NCBI RefSeq assembly: GCF_009914755.1
Contig: NC_060942.1
Length of the DNA: 64,000 nucleotides
Source of the DNA: the human T2T-CHM13v2.0 reference genome, Homo sapiens
Strand: one strand, 5' to 3'
In this document: positions 26,276-40,649 of the stretch, one piece after another
Layout of the letters: each line of letters begins with the position of its first letter
Numbering within the stretch: the first letter of the stretch is position 1
The notes under the pieces: model-generated
The model's database searches: none
What the model saw: the letters and a program-made list of their open reading frames with translations, nothing else
What the model was told of the DNA's origin: nothing
Program-made: the position numbers and the translations under genes

Positions 26276-27065
26276 TTCTGGGCCAGCGTCCTCCGTCTTG
26301 GGCTTTGGAGATGCTCGGAGAGCAGCTGGAGAGCTTTGACAATGACAACCAGGACGGGGGTCCACCGCAGAGGCTCTGCTGTGATTGGTCTGGGGCATGG
26401 CGTAGGGGGAAGGGTTCTGGAAGCTCTCCCATCATGCAATGTCCGGGTACAGCCAGGGTTGGGGTTCCTGCTCTGTACCTTGCTGTGTCCCAATGTGTGA
26501 AGACGAAATGAGGCAGTGGGTGTCAAACGGCTCTGCCACAAATGCAGGTGTTAGGTCTCCTGGCCAGAACGCTGCCGGCGCAGAACCCAAATCAGATAGT
26601 CGAGTGCATGCCTGGGCCCTTACAAACGATTAAGACCAAATCAAGGCCAAAGAAAATGAATAACAGATGTCTGGGAGATGCTGAGGCCTTAAAAGTGTTT
26701 ATCACGTCTGACTTTGAGAAAATATTGGCTGGGATCAGATAAGAGGCAACTCCCGGGGCCAGCGGTGCCTTGTCCTAAGGTGCCCGCTGAGCTCAGGAGG
26801 TGCGGGCTGCAGGGCCCCAAGCAGGCGCAGGCGTCCTCCAGCCCCGGCTTCGACAGCTGACTGCTTTCCTTCTACTTGGAAAATGCTTGCTCCACTTTAG
26901 CCCACTTGTGATGGTGTCGCGGAGTAGCAGCTGTGGGAAGGGGCTTCAGGAGTTGTGGTCCTGCTCAGACAGGATGCTTGGCATTTGGGGATGGGTTGGT
27001 GAAGTTAGAAACAAAACCAAAACCCACAAACACAACAAAACATCAAAATAACAATCTCCCCCTCA

Positions 27066-27512
27066 ACACCCAGTTAAACTTGAATTTCAGATACGCAATG
27101 AAAAATTTTGGGATAAGTATGTCCTATGCAACACTCGAGATGTATTAATACTTATACTAAGAAATTACTGTCCGGTCGTGGTGGCTCACGCCTGTAATCC
27201 CAGCACGTTGGGAGGCCGAGGCAGGTGGATCACTTAAGGTCAGGAGTTCGAGACCAGCCTGGCAAACACAGTGAAACCCCCGTCTTTACTAAAAATATAA
27301 AAAATTAGCTGGGCGTGGTGGCGGGCGCCTGTAATCCCAGTTACTCAGGGGCTAAGGCAGGAGAATCGCTTGAACCCGGAAGGCGGAGGTTGCAGCAAGC
27401 TGAGATCACACCACTGCACTCCAGCCTGGGCAACTAGAGCGAAACTCCGTTTCAAAAAAAAAATTACTCGTGGGTTCTCTGCATTCCAATTTTAGCGGGC
27501 ATCTTGCGTGTT
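27066..27512. mobile_element. MER53 palindromic MITE interrupted by an Alu
   Basis: 'cccagttaaacttgaatttcagata..ataagtatgtcc.atgcaa..atacttatactaa' [Alu] '..attccaattttagcgggcatc'. Confidence 0.7.
27170..27463 (+). mobile_element. AluS (Sq/Sx-like)
   Basis: Full-length Alu with many CpGs retained; TSD aaattact. Confidence 0.95.
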
Positions 27513-27549
27513 CTCTGTACCCCTATCTGGGGAGGGCTTTATTTTCTTC

Positions 27550-28400
27550 AATGGCGTCCCCGCGTCAGAGCCTGTGTCTTGCACTCTCCCCCTGAGTGGG
27601 TAGCAGAGGTGTTATCACAAGAAGGAAGGTTCTGGGGAGTCGAATGACAGGCTTATGCCGCTAGCAGGGCGGGCGTGCCAGGGACTAGGCCGCTTCGCAG
27701 GTTCGCTTTTCTCCTTTCCATTGCGCTGAACTCAAGGAGGAGAAGGGAAAGTGGAAGCTGCTCCACACACAGCTGAGTGTGCATGGCTGCTATGTGACAG
27801 CCTGAGGTCTGTTCGGTGACCCCCGGCCCCTCAAAGGGCCCGCAAAGACTCAGAATTAGCTCCACTTACCACGGTGCCCGCGGATGGGGGTGCGGATCAA
27901 CACCCCAGCGGAAGGCCGCTCCTGGGCCCCCAGGGCCTCGCTGGCGGCCACTTGGGGGCAGCAGGCGGCAGCAGACGCCCACCCTGCCGGGGAGGTGGGG
28001 CCCGCAGGCCCCAGGACCGCTCTAGGAGCCCGGAAGGCCTGCGCAGGTGGGGGGCACCGTGTTCCGGAAGCCTGGCCCCGAGCGCTGTGCGGGGCGCCCG
28101 GGGACGCTCAGCGAGTGTCTGTCCCAGCCCTGAGCTCAGTGAAAGATTGCAGAGTCCTGGGCCCACGAGGGGGTCTCCGCTGTGTCCAGACGCCCTTCAG
28201 AGCAAAGGAGCCACAGGCGGGCGCTCTCCCAGTGTCTCTCGGGAAGCGTGACCTCGACTTCATGCCCGGGAGAAGCGGCCAAGGCCGGGCCGCGCCTGTC
28301 CAGGGAAGCCTGAACGGCCGCCCTGGGGTGTGAAGGGTGCGGGTGGGGGTGAAGTTCCTGAAGGTGAGGAGGGACTCACGCTCGGTCAGATCTGACGGGG
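27550..28400. promoter_or_regulatory. CpG island, candidate bidirectional promoter
   Basis: Very GC- and CpG-rich; GC-box gggcgg near 27667; minus-strand donor GTG|GTAAGT at 27869 and plus-strand donor AAG|GTGAGG at 28364. Confidence 0.7.
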
Positions 28401-29571
28401 GTTAGGAAGGCAAAGAGTTATTTTTAAAGCTCAAGAAAAAGAGAAATGAACTTCATTTCCTTTTTGTTTGGCTCCAATTCCGTGCCTGACTATTCTTTTA
28501 TGCTCAGGGTTGCTCAGCAGACACTGAGGCTGTGTTTTGTTCCAAGGGACTGAGATCAAATATTAGTTTAGCGAGGGTGAGAAACATGCTCTGAGTAACG
28601 TTCATTCCTGCTGCAGTAAATCTATGAGTGCCCGATGTGGGAAAATCAGACCCCGAGCCCAGCTGCCCAGACGAGCCTCTAGCGTTTTGCCTGTTTATGG
28701 ACCTGCTGATACATTTAATGTCGGGAAGCCCGGGGAGGGCAAGGCTAACACCCATGCAGCCTTTCTAACCTCTTGTGGAACTAGGAAAACAGTGTGAGCT
28801 TCCAGGAGTGTGTATTTGGGAGGGGACACATATGCCTCCACACATAACAAAATCCGTGTGCATGCTTGTGTGTACCGTTTACATGTAGTGTGTGTGTGCA
28901 CCTGCATGTGTGGGTTGGTGTGCATTTCTAGACGGCAAGAAATTCCAGTAGAACTTTTGACTTTCGTACTATTCTACAGACATTCTTTTCCATCCGTCCC
29001 CTGTAATGATGACTTCAATGGGTCAGATACTCTTGAGCCTTTTCATGAACGATCTTTGCTCCAAGTCTTCCCTCAGCTTCTCACTGCCTGCATCCTTCCG
29101 CGATTAGACTGGGATCTCAGTCTATTCCCAGAGGTCTGAGACTCTCGGCAGCCCAGCAGTCGTCAGAGAGACCATGGCGGGAGGGCATCTTAGCCTTCAC
29201 TCCTTCTACTGCAGGTTTGAAACTCAGGCTCCCTTAAAGGTAAACCAGGATATCACACAGATAATAATAGTATGATAATAAACTCACATTTGTATGGTGA
29301 GTTAGGATTTACAGTTTCCCTACATTTTTTTCATTTAATCCCAGAGCCAGAGCCACCAGAACGTATGTGGTCCTCACATGTTCCTCCACAAAGAGACTGA
29401 TGGAGAGACAATGAGGTTAGGTAGACAGCAAGAACAATTTTGGCCGCCTCATTTTCTCAACTAATTTGAGATTTCTCTTCCAGGCTGCTGGTGCCAAGAG
29501 ATGGGTGGATCGACAGGTCTTGTTAGCAAGGACAAAGGAAATTGTTTTGTTATTGGCTTAGCTGTTATTTA

Positions 29572-29927
<356 letters not shown>

Positions 29928-30029
29928 AGCCCTTTTGGTATGGCTGTGTTTTCTCTACACACATGAACAGTTTCTTTGAAAGGACAGCTTCCTTTTCCTG
30001 ACTGTGCATCATCTGACCAAATTCCAAAC

Positions 30030-30385
30030 TTCTGTAATTCAAGGAAATAATATACTTTGTGGAAAAATTAGAAAATATATATTAGCAAAGAAAGAATAAA
30101 GGCAAGCCGTGTGCAGCCCCATTACTCTGAGATGGCCGCTGTTGCTGCCATGGTGGGCCTCATCCCAGACTTTTCTCTATGCAAGCACAAACACACATGC
30201 TCAACTCAGTTTATTTTATTTTTACAAAACGGAAGTCATTCTGTACATACTGTTTTGTAATCAAAATTTTTCTTTTTGATATATCATGAACATTTTGCCC
30301 ATCATGAAATATCCTTTTAAATTGTATGCAATTCCACTGTAAACATGTGGGTTTATTTGACATCTTTATTGTTGGGCATTTTATC
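30030..30385 (-). mobile_element. Old L1ME-type 3' fragment
   Basis: AT-rich 'ggaaaaattagaaaatata..tacatactgttttgtaa..atatatcatgaacatttt..gttgggcatt' pattern. Confidence 0.5.
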
Positions 30386-32052
30386 TTGAGTGCTTAGAAT
30401 GGAAACTAATTAACCCAGGATAGGAAGGTGCTCTATCTTTTATTCTGAAGATGTTATTAACATAGATTTCCATGGATGGTGTAATGGGCCTCTAGAGGGT
30501 GGGGCCAGGTGTGGCGATGGCCCAGGAGATTCTCAGGGGAGCCTCTTCCCTCAGGAGCCCCAGGAGGCACCTTTCTCTGTCTCCGTGGCATTTAGATCCG
30601 TGGAGTATGTTCACCTGAGTGTGACCTACAAGCTTAAGGTATTAATCCATGTTCCTCCCACATGGATTAATATCCGATGTGAAATTAGTAGGGAAAAAAA
30701 GACGTGCTCCGTGGCCACTGAGCCCTTCCCAGCGGGAGGATGCAGAAGTTGGAGGAAGAGATACTGTTACATCCCGCGGGCATTAGCTGCTTGTGGTTGG
30801 GAGGCATGCCTTTGATAATCAGCATCAGTATCTCTTTCATGTCACTGAACACAAAATGAGGCTGCATCAAAGAGCCTGTTTTAGAGAAGAAATTGTTGAA
30901 CAGGCTTGACTGGGTTGAACGATACCAGAGGGGCAGGATCAGAGCACAGGCCGGTCTTCCCGGCCCAGCCAGGGGCACTCACTGGCCTGACTGCAGTTCC
31001 GGCAGCTCAGAGGTTGTCACAGTGCACGCGAGTGCCTCCCCACTCGACCCTTCCATGTGCTTGGCAGCAAGGGGCATGAGTCACCTGGTGGCCAGGTGTT
31101 TGTTACTCTGAGCTTTTGAGGTGCTGCAGAACTCCAATTACATAGCCTCCCTGATTTTTTTTCCCTCCTCTCTAATACTGACTTTTTGTTAATGCCAACC
31201 TACTAGTAGATACTTGTTCTTCTTCTGACACACTTGGGCATCCAACAAAAGCTTGCAAAAGAACAGCTTTTTGTTTGCTTGCCTTCAGGAATCTGGTTCA
31301 GTGAGCACTCCAGATATGGAAGGGCTTTATAATGATTCACAGCTTTCTTTGCTGGCCTTCAGGGGAACGTGACCTGCTTAGGTTCAATTTTGTGCATGTG
31401 TGACATAATTTTCCCTTCAATAATACAGACAAACCCTGATTCTAACTCCCAGTCGAACCCACTGGTCTTCTGATCTTTTTGCATTGCTAGCATTATTTAG
31501 TCTTAAATGAATTACTTTTTTAAAAAATGTTAGCACTATCTAAAGTGAGGAAAACTCTCACAAAGAGTTTTGTATGAGAATGAAAACACATGATGTGTTT
31601 TAAACATTGGAATCCCAGAAGGAAGAAACAAGGTAGTGTTTTCAGTTATTTCCACTGAGGAGGTTTAAACAGGATAGATAGTCATGTATTAAAATCCCCA
31701 ACCACTGTTTAGGACCAAGCCAAAACTTTTAAAATAGCTTTTGAATGGAGAAATGAAAGGCTCAAAACCACTGGGTAAAGTTGGAGGAGGATCGCCTCTT
31801 CTCCCTGGAATGCTTTTGCTGGTTTTTGTCCTCTTTGGTTAGATCTCACTGGTCTCGTTCCTTCTTTCACTTTTAATTGGACTGCAACACCCAGGCAGAA
31901 AACTCAGTCCCAGAAAGGATCGGAGTGGCATGGCAAATGTGAGATCAGAGGCAGGAAACCATGATGACCTCTTAGCATGGGAATGAGCTTTAAAGAACAG
32001 TGCTGCCTATCCTGATCCGGGTACCAGGAGACAGACAGCCCCAAAGGAGTGA

Positions 32053-32372
<320 letters not shown>

Positions 32373-33875
32373 GAGCCACAGATTTTCTTTATTAGGATGG
32401 AAGGGCTGAACTTTTTTTGGAGGTGTGGTGTTGGAGAGTTGTGGGGGGGAGCAGTGTGGGCAGTACATTGTAGGGCGCTGAGGATGTTGTTTGTTTTGAT
32501 CCATACCTTGGAATCAGGAGTAACAAATATCGAAATTGGGCCCCTACCAAAGAGTGTACGCTTCGGTCAATATAGGGTGAACAGCCTTACTAAGTAACTA
32601 ACCTGGTCAAAATTATTACAAGCAAGCTCCAAGTAAGCCAACGCAGACCACCTGGTGATGGGAGGACTTTGCTAACCTCTGTGAGACACACAGCTTGGGC
32701 CAGTCCATACATGGTGTTTGCTTTCCACAGGGCTTCCCGGCTGGACTGGCACCTCCTCCTCACACTGAGAAGCTCAGGTTCCTCACTGGGCCCCAGCTTT
32801 TGGAACTCAGGCCCTGCATGGCATCTCTTGTGTCCCTGTGCTTGGTAAAAGGCCTGCGTGGTTTTGGGTGAATCCATGAAGCTGGGCCCCAGTGGACTCT
32901 GTTAGTGGCATTCTCGGTTTCCTTCCATCCCTGCATTGCTCCTTCTCAGATCCATCGTCCTCCTCCCACGTAGACATCTGTCTCAAGGGACTGTCCTCAC
33001 CTGCCTTCTTCTCTTCCTCTCCCTCCTCCTTCTAATATTTTCTCATCTCAACCCCATGGTTTTGTCCATTTCCTTTATGCACGCTTGGCCTGCAGGTGCC
33101 TTGGGGAGAACCCACATTTTAGTTCATCTTTGTACCCAGTGGTGCTCAGCACAGCACCTGGCACACAGCGGGTGCTCAAGACATTTGTTAAATATGTAAA
33201 TGTATTTTATACATTAAACAAGTACATAAATGATGGATAAAGATGACACAAAAATGAAGTCCACCAATAATGTAAGCGTTATCTTGGCTGGTGGTTTTGC
33301 CCAAGAGCAGGGAAGATGTGCCCAGGGGGAGGCTGGGAATGCCCTCTTGCCCTGGGAGATGACTGCCCTCCTGACCACGTGGCACACAGCATGAGCGGAC
33401 TTTGAATATGTGCACTTCTGTTATGACTGCAACTGTTTCCTTGGGAGAAGGAACCAAAGTAAGGAGGTCCCGTGTAAGCCATTGATACCCGAGGCCCTGC
33501 AATCTGGCTTCTCCCTGCCAAGGGCATCAGAGAGAGCAAGGCTCTCAGTGTACTAATCAACCTGTGTCCGTCAAACACACATGGCTGTGCTATGCATGGC
33601 ACAGGGGAATGACGTGATCAGTAGTAAGAGGAAGAAGACAGACTGGAAAAACCCAAAATGTGTGATATCTTAATAGAAATCCCATGATTAAATCAAGGAT
33701 CAAGTTTTTTTGTTTTTGTTTTTTTTTCAGATGGGCTGTTAGGGTCCCTTAAAAGCCACATTCTCTGTCCTGGCATAGCCATCCTGGGTTGAGTTCAACA
33801 AGTGTGTACTGAGCCCAGGACATCTATACATAGGCAGGATATGCACACAGATCATTGCACACAGGGAGCATCTAA

Positions 33876-33890
33876 GGCCCCCTGCTGGTG
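33876..33890 (-). promoter_or_regulatory. CTCF core motif match
   Basis: Reverse complement CACCAGCAGGGGGCC closely fits CCASYAGRKGGC; lies within an L2-like relic. Confidence 0.4.
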
Positions 33891-34766
33891 CTGGTGCTAG
33901 TGCTAGGGTAATGAAGACAAGACATTTGTCTCCAAGAATCTCGCTGTCTGACTGGGGAGGCCAACATGGCAACGTGTAATTTACAAATAGCATGTGGAGT
34001 GCCCTGCTATTTGTGCTCAGGGACAGGGAGGCACAGAGGAGGCATTCTCAGTTCAGCCCAGGGGTCAGGGAAGGCTTCCTGGGGAAGGTGTCTTTGGGAA
34101 TTAGGATGGGTTTCTCTGTTTGAGCACATCATCACTTATTTCCTTTGCACCGAGTCTCTTGAAAGCTGATACAAAGCGAGCTTGGTAGTCTTGCACTGGA
34201 GCTGGTTTGGCAGGTTGAAATCTGGATTAGTAAACCAAGGTTTCCCTGGATTGTCTAACTTAGTGGATACCTTGGGACAGGCTTCCTACCTCACCCTGCT
34301 GCAGTGTGCTCTCCTGAAACAAATGCCACAAATGCTTGATGTGATTTGCCACTAGCTGGTGCCTGGGAAGTCTGGGTGCCCTGTGGCACTCCTGCCTGGG
34401 ACAATGTAATGGATTCTGGCAAATGCATGTCTCCCAGGCACTGGAAGTGCAGAGAGCCATGAGCTGATACTAGAGGTAGCTGCACTCACGTGCCGAGTGC
34501 AGAAATCGTACATCCATTGTTTACACAATCATAAATGGGAGCGTGACATTAAAAGAAGATTAAAAGAAAAAGGAAACAAGGAAAACCCAACCAACCAGGA
34601 GAACAAAATCTTTAATCCTAAACTCCCATGAATCAGTTTGAAACCAAACCATATATTTTTAATTTATTGAACTGAAAAAATAAGGGCATCAGATTGTTTT
34701 AAATTCAGCAGATTTCCATTTTGTTTGGCTTCCTGGCCACCTATAGGATGACTAATAAGAGGATTA

Positions 34767-35075
<309 letters not shown>

Positions 35076-35429
35076 TTAGAGAGAAGCTGGAGCATCCTGG
35101 CACATGGCAGTGATGAGACATCAGGCTCCTTCCACTTGACTGCTGGAGAGCAGTTGTGTCATCTGCCCCCAGGTTTCCAGTGGGGCTGGTGGTTGAGGAC
35201 ACCCATGCCCCATCAGCAACTGTGCCCAGGCCTCCTCAGCAGCTGGAGGTTATTCTCGGCTTCTCTTTTCCACGTCTTGACTCTCAACTCAGTTTCCTCA
35301 ACTGCAGAATGGAGATAATGCATGGCCTGCCTCCTCCATAGTGATTTTGAGTTTACTGTATTTGTATATATCTATATTGGAGTTAACTTTCATTGGGCTA
35401 GTTGACTTCATATTGAATTTTATAGACTT

Positions 35430-35510
35430 ACACTGTCCAATACAGTAGCCACTAGTCACATGTGGCTATTTAAATTTAAATCTAAATTAATTAAAATTAA
35501 ATAAAATAAG
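35430..35510. mobile_element. MER33-like (hAT-Charlie) fragment
   Basis: 'cactgtccaatacagtagccactagtcacatgtggctatttaaatttaaa'. Confidence 0.7.
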
Positions 35511-36571
35511 AGAGTGACATCTGTGAAAATGAGGGAGTAAGGATCTTCAAAAATTCCCACCTCCGTACAAGCAATGAGAACAGTGGCAAAAACTGTCAGA
35601 ATCAACTTTTCAGGACTCTGGAAGTTAACCAAAGGCTTGCAGCAACTCGAGAAGTGTTTGCTCAAGAAAAATGTCTGAATCTTCATAAGAACAATGAGTT
35701 TTATGATGTTTTAATTTGCCCTATTTCCATACATACCCTTATCCCCTGGTCTCCATGGTAGTCTTGAAGATATGCAGCCTTCAATTACAGAGAAAACCAG
35801 CAGCCACTGGAGGGGGCAGAATAGGGATGGAGTGCCTTCAAAGGCCTATTTCCAGAGAGTTGTCAGCATTTGACCTTTCTGTTGGTTCCCTGGAAGATCT
35901 CATTCTCAAGGCTGTCTTTATTTGAGTTGACTTGAAGCTTTCCAAGTGTAAACAGACTTTTCTCCAGGGCTGTTTGTCAAAAAAAAAAAAAAAAGAAAAA
36001 AAAAGAAAAAAAAATCAGAGGCAATTATTGAACATCTCAGCGACCTGGATAACAGTTCACTGGATAACAGCTGGGGCAAATAAAAGGCTGACCAAAAAGC
36101 TTAAAAAGAAATTTGGGAAGTGAGACGTCCATACAGACTTTGAAAAGCTCCAACGTATTCCTAGGTCTCTAGAGAGCCATATTCATGCCCAGGGCTGAGC
36201 ACATTCTCAGGAAAGACTGGATAAGGCCATGAGCTCTCATATTTGACTAGCCTTGAGATTCTGCACAAGTGGGAAGTGAACGATAAGGCAGAGTTGTAAA
36301 CAGCCTGGCTGAGTCACACTGAGCAGAGACTGGTAGACTTATTGGTTCCAGGCACTTAAAGATGGCCTCTTTCTAATCATTAGCTGATCACAAAGCTAAC
36401 CAAACAGAGATTTCAGTGGCCACAACAACAAAGGACATGGAATTTACATAATTAGTTCAGAAAAATCACCAACCAAACAAGCAACACATAAAGCAATGAA
36501 TAACAAGAGCAAAATACTCTAGGGAGTGAGGTGTGGGGGGGATCTGATTTTCAGAGTTTCCATATTATATT

Positions 36572-37006
36572 TGCAAGAGGACAGATCCCTAGATGCCCTT
36601 GGCCAATCCAGCTCTTCCCCACTCTTCTTGTAATTCTTGGGCAGAATGTACCAAGGATACAATGTCCAGAGATAAGGAGAAAATGTCTGGAACAACCACA
36701 GCTGTGTCCTTATTCCTCCCAGAACAGGATGTTCTGCAATGCTCAAGCTCAGCAAACAAAGTGACATCCAGGGTATAAAATGCAGAGCAGAGTGCTTTCA
36801 GGGTCCCTCAGCTGGGATTTCACATGGGGCAAGCACAGATGAGACTCCATCTGCCCTGGGCAGCTTTCCTGAGCCTTGGGGGACTGGCTCACCATAAATC
36901 CTAAGCTTCTGTTTATCCTTGCTGCCTATTTGTGAGTAATAAAATCTGCTTTGCCTGACTTGTGTGAGTGGTCTGTTTCACCAGACTAGACTTAAAAGCC
37001 TTTGCA
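36572..37006 (+). mobile_element. Solo ERVL LTR (MER54-like) inserted in the L1
   Basis: TG...CA termini, 5-bp TSD atatt on both sides, TATA-like gggtataaaa and aataaa. Confidence 0.75.
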
Positions 37007-37629
37007 ATATTATTTAAAATGTCTAGTTTTCAACAAAAATTATGACACATGCAAAAAATATGAAATATAGCTTTATAGAAAGGGGACAATAGCAATTAAT
37101 AGGAACTGTGTCTGAGGAAGCCCTGATGTTGGACTTAGTAGATGAAGACTTTAAATCAATTACTTTAAATATGCACAAAGAGCTAAAGAAAATTATACAC
37201 AAAGAAATAAAGGAAACCATGAGGATCTCTCACCAAAGAGACAATGTCAACAAAGAGGTGGAAATTATAGAAAGGAAGCAAATAGAAATTCTGGAGTTAA
37301 AAAGTACAATAATTTGAAATGACACATTCACCAGAAAGTTTCAAAAGAAGATTTGAGTAAGCAGAAGGAATAATTAGTGAACTTAAAGATAGATCAATGG
37401 TTATTATTCAGTCTGATGAGCAGAAAGAAAAAATAATGAAGGAAAATGAACAGAGATTAAGACACCTATTGAACACCACTGAGTGGGACCAACATAAACA
37501 CAATACAATCCCAGAATGAAGAGAGAGAGACAGAAAGGGCAGAAAAATATTTGAGGAAATAATGGCCAAAAACTTCCCAATTTGATTTAAAAACCATTAA
37601 TTTAACATCCAAGAAGCTCAACGAACTCA

Positions 37630-37960
<331 letters not shown>

Positions 37961-38449
37961 GACAAACTCCCACACCTAGGCATGCTATAATAAAACTGTT
38001 GAAAGCAGTAAGAGAGAAGTGACTCATCACATATAAGACATACGTAAGAAATATTTTCATCGGAACCCACGGAGGCCAGAAAACAGTTGGATTACATAGT
38101 TGAAGCACCAAAAGAAAAACACCGTCAACCAAGAATTCTACATCCAGCAAAACAATTAGTCAAAATTAAAGAAGTAATTAAGGCATTTCCAGATAGACAA
38201 AAACTGAGATAATTTGTTGCCAGCCGATTTGCCCTATAGAATATAATATACAGGCTGAAATAGAAGGTCATTAGTAACTTGAAGAAATCCATATTAAGAA
38301 ATAAAGGGCACAGAACCAGATAAAGGTAATTACATAGGTAAATATGGAAGGAAAATATAAATGTATGTTTCTTTTGAACTCCTTTTATTCTCCTATGTGA
38401 TTTAAAAGACAACTGCATAAAACAATACAGATTGATCACATTCTGATTC

Positions 38450-39125
38450 TTTTTAGTCTTTATGTAGATATAGTATCATATGGGTCAATCATAGTTTTCC
38501 ATGTGCCTATAGATTGCTGTTTTCTGCCTTAAATTTTCTTAAATTAACAAATTAAAAAATTGCATATATTTATTGTGTTCATGTTGTTTTGAAATATGTA
38601 TATATTATGAAATGGCTAAATCAGCTAATTAACATATGCATTACCTCACATACTTATTTTTGTGGTAAGAATACTTAATACCTAGTCTCTTATGTTTTTT
38701 GTATTTTTATTATTACAAATAATACTGAAGTGACCATCACATAGATGCATTGGCATACTTTTGTGAGTGTTTTACCTGTAGGGTAAATTCTTAGCTGAGA
38801 AGTTTTGAGTCAAAGGCTATATGTAGGTAGAATTTTTATAAGTTTTGCCTATTGATTTCCCAAGAGGATGCTCCACATTACATTTCTGTTAATAATATAT
38901 GAGAGTGCCTATTTTTTTACCCTCACTAATACTTGGTATTATTAATCTTTTAAATTTATATCAATGGACAAATACATAATATTTCACTTACATTGCATAT
39001 ATTTATTTTTGAATTAGGTTGAGCATATGTTCAAACATTTTTGGCCATTTATATTTCTGTTTCTGTGAACTGTTTATTGGGCCTTTCATAAGCCTATTAA
39101 TAGCTGGTTATCTTCTTATTTAGTT
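38450..39125 (-). mobile_element. Antisense old L1 fragments (L1ME-type with nested L1MA 3' end ~38545-38690)
   Basis: 'ctaattaacatatgcattacctcacatacttatttttgtggtaagaatactta'; 'ttttggccatttatatttc..tgtgaactg'. Confidence 0.7.
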
Positions 39126-39394
39126 GTGAGAGAAAAGCCAGATTTTGGGGGATCCTAGTTACCCTATTCAACTTCGGGGAAAATTCTTGATCTCAGTTGG
39201 ATTCCCTTCCTTTGTCTGTGGAATGGGAGTGGATGAGCATGCTTTATGGAGGTGTGCGGTATGCCTCGCACATCTTTGGTGCTCAGTGAGCATGAATCTC
39301 CTTCCCTCTCCAAAGCGGCAATGGCTTATGTTGAGCTCTGCTCCAAGTCTCTCTGCCCTCCTCTTCTGCCAGCGGCCAGGGAAAGCACTTTGCT

Positions 39395-39572
39395 TTTAAG
39401 GGCTCCTGCAACTAGGTCAGGCCCACTGGACAATCTCCCAATCCAAAGGCCAACTGTGCCATGGAGTAGAACCTAATCATGGTGTGATATTTTGCCACAC
39501 TCACAGGTTCTGGGGATTAGGCATGGCATCCTGAAAAGGGGTTGTGCTTTTTAGAATCCTTCCTATTCATAC
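39395..39572 (-). mobile_element. MLT1-family LTR fragment
   Basis: 'ttaagggctcctgcaactaggtcaggcccac..cacaggttctggggattagg'. Confidence 0.55.
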
Positions 39573-40024
39573 CATGGCCTTGGGACTTTTTCTTTCCTTT
39601 TTTTTCAAATACAGACTTGGGTGGAGCCCTGCTAGACAGAGTAGGTGAAAGTGGAGCTGCTGTGGGTGGAGACGGGAGGGAAGGCTGGGGCTCCCCTGGT
39701 GGGAGCCATCAGAATGTGATCAGTCTGCATTGTTTTATGCAGTTGTCTTTTAAATCACATAGGAGAATAAAAGGAGTTCACTCAAGGCAAGACCCCAACA
39801 ACTGAAATCTTCAATTTGAATGTTATGGGTTGAAGGCATTGAAGGCTACTTCTTGGATCATGGGCTCCACTGGACAGGGTGAAGCATCAAACCGTTGGCA
39901 CCTTTCTTAAATAGTTTATTTTATTTTATTTTTTTATATACATTTTAATTTAATTTTTCTAAAAAATATTTGTTTTTCATCTTTTTTTATACAAACTTTT
40001 GCTTACCCTCTGCTTTTAAAATTT

Positions 40025-40625
<601 letters not shown>

Positions 40626-40649
40626 TTAGCAGTTTATTGGGGTAGCTGT

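Larger units (their letters stand above)
38375..39780. repeat. 73-bp inverted repeat pair (38375-38447 / 39708-39780)
   Basis: Manual alignment, 2 mismatches; shared peptide CFMQLSFKSHRRIKGV in ORFs on opposite strands. Confidence 0.95.

Noticed and set aside
27874-28333. 125-149-aa ORFs in the CpG island
   Set aside because: Low-complexity G/P/R/A composition expected from high GC content; no homology recognised
37108-37317. Coiled-coil-like ORF
   Set aside because: Decayed L1 ORF1p fragment, not a host gene
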